A DNA stretch of 39,599 nucleotides, from IMG/VR virus record IMGVR_UViG_3300043444_000502, positions 128,001 through 167,599 of that record; one strand, 5' to 3'. Of the stretch, positions 35,803 through 39,599 are shown in pieces (position 1 is the stretch's first letter; the number at the start of each line of letters is the position of its first letter). The position numbers were made by a program, and so were the translations under genes. A model generated the notes under the pieces. It was given only the letters and a program-made list of their open reading frames with translations. It was not told the DNA's origin and did no database searches. This stretch comes from a virus (lineage: Duplodnaviria > Heunggongvirae > Uroviricota > Caudoviricetes).

Positions 35803-36054
35803 ATGGCTATTGAAATTGAACAAGTTAAAGAACAAGTCCAAGAGCAAATAGTAACAATTGCTGAAACTAAAGTCGAAGATGGATGGTCAAAGGCTTTTGA
35901 CGATATTATCGCGATGGATTTTAGCGGATTTAATACACTTATTGCTGTAATTATTTTTCTAGTTTTGTTGAAACCAATTTTGTTTATTGCACGTTTTGCA
36001 ATTATTGGTTTCGTTCTTTTTTGGGCAGTTAAATACTTTTTATATTATGCATGA
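35803..36054 (+). CDS. small membrane protein
   Basis: Hydrophobic C-terminal half. Confidence 0.65.
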   Translation: MAIEIEQVKEQVQEQIVTIAETKVEDGWSKAFDDIIAMDFSGFNTLIAVIIFLVLLKPILFIARFAIIGFVLFWAVKYFLYYA

Positions 36055-36598
36055 TCCTAATTCAAAATACATTTTAGAAAAACTTGGCGAAATTAACATT
36101 AACACTGAATATCGAGTTGATGATGCATTTATTTCTTTGCGAGAAACTAAAGTAAATCAATATAGAGATAATAATGGAAAATCACGTAGCATTGATGAAC
36201 GTCGATTGGATATCGATTGTGAATTTGTTGATGAAATGGTTAAGCGTGCGGGCAAAGATTATATTCTTGAAGCTTCGCATAAGCTTAAACATGACTTTAG
36301 ATTTAGAAAAGATCCAGAGGGTGTCGTTTGGTGTGTCGACAACAAAGTCATTCACGAAGATATTTTTTGGTTACATATAAACAAATATGTACAATATCTT
36401 GAATCGTATAATCAAGGGAAGTTACACTATTTTGCGTTTTGGAAATTTATTGATCGTCCAACAAAACCATTGAAAGTTGGAGATAAACCAGAATTTCTTT
36501 TATTGTCTGTCATTCCTGCAGGAACTCTTTTACATAAAATGTGTGATCCAAAAATGATGACTAAAAATAAAGATAAGTACAAAGTATGCGTGGTGTAA
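36047..36598 (+). CDS. hypothetical protein (possible PD-(D/E)xK fold)
   Basis: E...HDF...VDNK spacing; weak. Confidence 0.6.
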   Translation: MHDPNSKYILEKLGEININTEYRVDDAFISLRETKVNQYRDNNGKSRSIDERRLDIDCEFVDEMVKRAGKDYILEASHKLKHDFRFRKDPEGVVWCVDNKVIHEDIFWLHINKYVQYLESYNQGKLHYFAFWKFIDRPTKPLKVGDKPEFLLLSVIPAGTLLHKMCDPKMMTKNKDKYKVCVV

Positions 36599-36882
36599 AT
36601 CGTTATTTACTTCGTAAAGATATGGCTGAAGAACTACACGATTGGGTATTCTTTAGCGGATCAAGCGATAAAGTATATGGATTTGGTAAAGTCACTGATG
36701 GTAAGAACTCATATTATGAGATTCCATTCATCTCTAATTTTATAAAAGGTTTCATCACAGTAGATTCACCTCGTAGCATTAGTGTACTCGCTAAGCGATG
36801 CGATGGTAAAGAATTCAACAAACATTTTCGTACCGTTGAAGATACGAAACAATTTTTAACATTTAATTGTATGGAAAGATAA
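36586..36882 (+). CDS. hypothetical protein
   Basis: Tightly packed ORF. Confidence 0.6.
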   Translation: MRGVNRYLLRKDMAEELHDWVFFSGSSDKVYGFGKVTDGKNSYYEIPFISNFIKGFITVDSPRSISVLAKRCDGKEFNKHFRTVEDTKQFLTFNCMER

Positions 36883-36883
36883 T

Positions 36884-37234
36884 ATGACGCTTGAACAAAT
36901 TTTATGGGCTATTTTAGCCTGGGCAGTTTTAACTGTGATTGCATATTCGCACAGCGGTTGGAAAAAAATTAAAGATTGTTATTATATGTGGTTCACACGA
37001 GAATATTGGACAAATTATAATATTGTTGAAGCTGCAAGTTGGTTGACTAAAGCTATTATTATTGTACCTGGATTAATTTTTGGTATTCAAATCTGGTATC
37101 TGTATTTTTTAACACTTGCAACAAGTTTAACTCTCATTTGGGCTTCTAATAAAAAATTACTTCCAACATTAGTTGCATTTAATACATTATGGGCATTTAT
37201 CAGTTGTATGGTATTAGCACAGCATTTAATTTAA
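36884..37234 (+). CDS. multi-pass membrane protein
   Basis: About 4 TM segments, Trp-rich. Confidence 0.75.
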   Translation: MTLEQILWAILAWAVLTVIAYSHSGWKKIKDCYYMWFTREYWTNYNIVEAASWLTKAIIIVPGLIFGIQIWYLYFLTLATSLTLIWASNKKLLPTLVAFNTLWAFISCMVLAQHLI

Positions 37235-37356
37235 CTTATTAATTTTCTTAATAATCCTTATTAAAATAATTATTTTCTCGTTTAGCGCTTTGTAGTATAC
37301 ATAATTCTAGATTAATAAAATTAATCACTTACAAATAATCAATAAAGGAATTTAAC

Positions 37357-37893
37357 ATGAAAACAGTTGGAGATAAATTAGAGAAATTTGTTGTTACTGG
37401 TATCAATCCCGGCAGTGATCAGTTTTTTGACATTACAGAAGAATCATTTGAAGGTAAGTGGAAAGTTATCGTATACTATCCAAAGGACTTCACATTTGTT
37501 TGTCCTACAGAGATCGTAGCTTATGACAAACTATTCCAAGATTTTGCTGATCGTGATGCAGTTCTATTGACTGGTTCTACAGATAATGAATTCTGTAAGT
37601 TAGCATGGCAAAAACATCATGAAGATCTATCAAAGATCAAGCATATTCAATTTGCTGATACGCAAAGAGATTGGGATAAATCATTGATTGAGCAATTAGG
37701 CGTGTTCTATGCTCCTGCTGGTGCAGCGCTTCGAGCTACATTCATTATTGATCCAGACAATGTGATTCAACATGTTACCGTAAATAACTTAAATGTTGGT
37801 CGTTCACCAGAAGAAACTTTGCGTGTACTTGATGCTCTTCAAACAGGAGAATTATGTGCTTGTAATCGTACAGTCGGTGGAGAAACACTATAA
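37357..37893 (+). CDS. ahpC: 2-Cys peroxiredoxin AhpC
   Basis: YPKDFTFVCPTE; GELCAC. Confidence 0.95.
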   Translation: MKTVGDKLEKFVVTGINPGSDQFFDITEESFEGKWKVIVYYPKDFTFVCPTEIVAYDKLFQDFADRDAVLLTGSTDNEFCKLAWQKHHEDLSKIKHIQFADTQRDWDKSLIEQLGVFYAPAGAALRATFIIDPDNVIQHVTVNNLNVGRSPEETLRVLDALQTGELCACNRTVGGETL

Positions 37894-38429
37894 TGGAATG
37901 GGTTGATCGTCTTAAAAGTAGTATTCCAGATTATGCGAAGGATACTAAATTAAACTTAGATGCTGCAATTAAACGCAGCACTCTTGGTGAAGATGCTCAA
38001 TATATTGCACTTGCTGCAGCTTTTGCAACAGGTAATGGAAAATTAATTTCTTGGATTGCACAAGAATTACATGGACCAGGCGAAGATGGATACGGTGGTC
38101 ATAATTTAGAAGTTGATGCAGCTATGACTGCAGCGTCAATTATGGCACAAAATAATGTTTGGTATCCATATGTAGAAATGGTTAATGATCCTGCATTAAG
38201 CGGTTTACCTGCGCAATTGCGTATGAATGCAATTGCAACACACGGAGGTACAACTAAAGCAAAATTTGAAGCATACTCACTAGCCGCATCAATTGTTGGT
38301 AAATGCCATTTTTGTGTGAAGGCACATTATGAAACACTTAAGCAAGAAGGTTACAGTGTTGAACAGTTACGTGATATCGGTCGTATCGCTGCTGTTATAA
38401 ATTCTGTAGCAAAAGTGTTAAATAGTTGA
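37893..38429 (+). CDS. ahpD: alkyl hydroperoxide reductase AhpD
   Basis: IPDYAKD.KLNL, MAQNNVWY, GKCHFCVKAH; coupled to ahpC. Confidence 0.93.
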   Translation: MEWVDRLKSSIPDYAKDTKLNLDAAIKRSTLGEDAQYIALAAAFATGNGKLISWIAQELHGPGEDGYGGHNLEVDAAMTAASIMAQNNVWYPYVEMVNDPALSGLPAQLRMNAIATHGGTTKAKFEAYSLAASIVGKCHFCVKAHYETLKQEGYSVEQLRDIGRIAAVINSVAKVLNS

Positions 38430-38471
38430 AAAAAAATCTCATTTCAACAAAAGTTTTGTATATATAATTCT

Positions 38472-38597
38472 ATGAACAAATTTTCTATAACTTCCCCTAA
38501 AGCAAGAATGACTACATGCGGTCAGGCGAGCATTCGTCCTGAGACATCATGGTCATTAGGCTTTTATCACAATCTTGATGGAGGTCTAACGGGGTAA
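38472..38597 (+). CDS. putative attenuator leader peptide (41 aa), not in the ORF track
   Basis: MNKFSITSPKARMTTCGQASIRPETSWSLGFYHNLDGGLTG*; its 3' end is complementary to the downstream terminator arm. Confidence 0.6.
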   Translation: MNKFSITSPKARMTTCGQASIRPETSWSLGFYHNLDGGLTG

Positions 38598-38630
38598 GTA
38601 AGAAACAAAAGTTCTAAAGAATTTTTATAC

Positions 38631-38667
38631 AAGCCCCGGACCTACAAAATCCGGGGCTTTTTTCTTT
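38631..38667 (+). terminator. intrinsic terminator (attenuator)
   Basis: AAGCCCCGGA-9 nt-TCCGGGGCTT-TTTTCTTT. Confidence 0.9.
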
Positions 38668-38714
38668 ATGGATCATAGACTTGCGCAATAGTTTACAAAA
38701 ATAGTAGACTACTA

Positions 38715-38743
38715 TGTACAAAAAGAAAAAATTAGGGTATAAT
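38715..38743 (+). promoter_or_regulatory. early promoter for tRNA-Gln
   Basis: TGTACA-N17-TATAAT. Confidence 0.85.
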
Positions 38744-38782
38744 AACTCTTCTTCTGCAGCAGTACAAATGTTGCAGATCTGT

Positions 38783-38856
38783 AGGGCTATAGTGTAGCAG
38801 TAACACAGTTGACTTTGACTCAACTATCGTAGGTGCGAATCCTGCTAGCCCCGCCA
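38783..38856 (+). tRNA. tRNA-Gln(TTG)
   Basis: Cloverleaf; GTTGA-CT TTG AC-TCAAC; encoded CCA. Confidence 0.92.
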
Positions 38857-38885
38857 AAATATTTGTAAATAGTTCGAAAAAACTA

Positions 38886-38914
38886 TGTACAAGATTAAAA
38901 AGTTATGGTAGAAT
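38886..38914 (+). promoter_or_regulatory. early promoter for the tRNA array
   Basis: TGTACA-N17-TAGAAT. Confidence 0.8.
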
Positions 38915-38927
38915 CTATCTTAACAAC

Positions 38928-38959
38928 TGATCGAAAGATCAACTGCTCTTTAACAATTT
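38928..38959 (+). promoter_or_regulatory. rrn-type boxB hairpin and boxA antitermination element
   Basis: TGATC-GAAA-GATCA then TGCTCTTTAACAATTT. Confidence 0.8.
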
Positions 38960-38970
38960 GGATTCTCTTT

Positions 38971-39062
38971 GGAAGCGTGGCAGAGCCCGGTTTATTGCAC
39001 CTGTCTTGAAAACAGACGATCGTTAACGCGGTCCGTGAGTTCGAATCTCACCGCTTCCACCA
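38971..39062 (+). tRNA. tRNA-Ser(TGA)
   Basis: Long variable arm; CTGT-CT TGA AA-ACAG; TTCGAAT; CCA. Confidence 0.95.
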
Positions 39063-39302
39063 TATTTAATTGCATTAGGTTAGTAGCACCATTAGGTTGC
39101 TATATTGGTTCGAAGATGTTCGACGGAACACGCTGATATAGTTACATGAAAGATGGAAACGAAACTTTAGCTTGCGCTAAGGCTGAGACGGTGGTCACGA
39201 TGGAGTATGCTACACTGTAATGTGGAAATGAACTTATCGATAGACGATATCGTGAGAAGTGCTAGAAGCAAACGTTCATGACATCCTAGTGTAATTAAAT
39301 AT
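39063..39302 (+). ncRNA. unknown 240-nt structured RNA between two tRNA-Ser genes
   Basis: Ends pair in a 17-bp stem; several internal hairpins. Confidence 0.65.
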
Positions 39303-39392
39303 GGTGAATTGGCAGAGAGGCTTATTGCGTTTGTTTGCTAAACAAAAGATCCTTCACGGGGTCCATAGGTTCGAATCCTATATTCACCACCA
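39303..39392 (+). tRNA. tRNA-Ser(GCT)
   Basis: TTTGT-TT GCT AA-ACAAA; variable arm; CCA. Confidence 0.95.
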
Positions 39393-39478
39393 AGGCAAAT
39401 AGAGATCTTGTGGGTTCATCCACGTTCTCTCAACGTTTGTTAGTTTCAATGGGTGGTATAGAAACTAACACTAATTTT

Positions 39479-39553
39479 GGGCTGTTAGTGATAATGGGAG
39501 CACGTCGGCTTTGCACGTCGAAGGTAAGAGTTCGATTCTCTTACGGTCCACCA
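39479..39553 (+). tRNA. tRNA-Ala(TGC)
   Basis: TCGGC-TT TGC AC-GTCGA; G3:U70; CCA. Confidence 0.95.
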
Positions 39554-39559
39554 AAATAT

Positions 39560-39599
39560 ATCTCAGTAGTGTAATGGCAGCATCACAGTCTCCAAAACT
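39560..39599 (+). tRNA. tRNA-Trp(CCA), truncated by the window end
   Basis: D arm then CAGT-CT CCA AA-ACT. Confidence 0.8.

Noticed and set aside
907-38823. All minus-strand ORFs in the track (e.g. 907-1137, 6942-7226, 16293-16631, 18851-19180, 28714-29127, 38614-38823)
   Set aside because: They shadow well-supported + strand genes or regulatory DNA and have no SD, promoter or recognisable motif.
39158-39192. Hammerhead-like words (CGAAAC ... CTGAGA) in the 240-nt RNA
   Set aside because: There is no CUGANGA, and only one hairpin lies between the motifs, so the core topology is not met.
39335-39574. 79-aa ORF in the tRNA array
   Set aside because: It overlaps three clear tRNA genes.
1-39599. 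CRISPR array, introns/inteins, alternative genetic code
   Set aside because: No regularly spaced repeats; nrdA, nrdB, thyX, uvsX and gene 41 are uninterrupted and of normal length; TAA, TGA and TAG all end genes at tight junctions.

Overview
About 40 kb of a large, AT-rich T4-like (myovirus) phage genome; all credible genes are on the + strand. Order: (i) the tail of a probable DNA base-hypermodification cluster (amino-acid:DNA transferase-like, SGNH-like, PLP enzyme); (ii) uvsX, gp40-like, gp41 helicase, thyX and a 2OG-Fe oxygenase; (iii) a short early cassette; (iv) a ~12 kb late block of probable capsid-packaged internal proteins with T4-type capsid-targeting N-termini and protease-punctuated polyproteins, ending in embedded Rz/Rz1 spanins; (v) nrdA/nrdB/glutaredoxin, a GIY-YIG nuclease and RNase H; (vi) early accessory genes, phoH, an exonuclease, a ClpP-like protease, lipoproteins and ahpC-ahpD; (vii) the start of a tRNA array. 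Eleven sigma70-type early promoters (TGTACA/TTTACA-N17-TAtAAT) and T4 late promoters (TATAAATA) are visible. Best novelty candidates: a codon-sampling leader-peptide attenuator in front of the tRNA array; a His-rich, virion-delivered cargo block containing a ligase-like/NTase pair and a polyprotein module homologous to a free-standing early gene; a 240-nt structured RNA between two tRNA-Ser genes; and an rrn-type boxB-boxA leader. Family names come from motif recognition and recall, not database searches.
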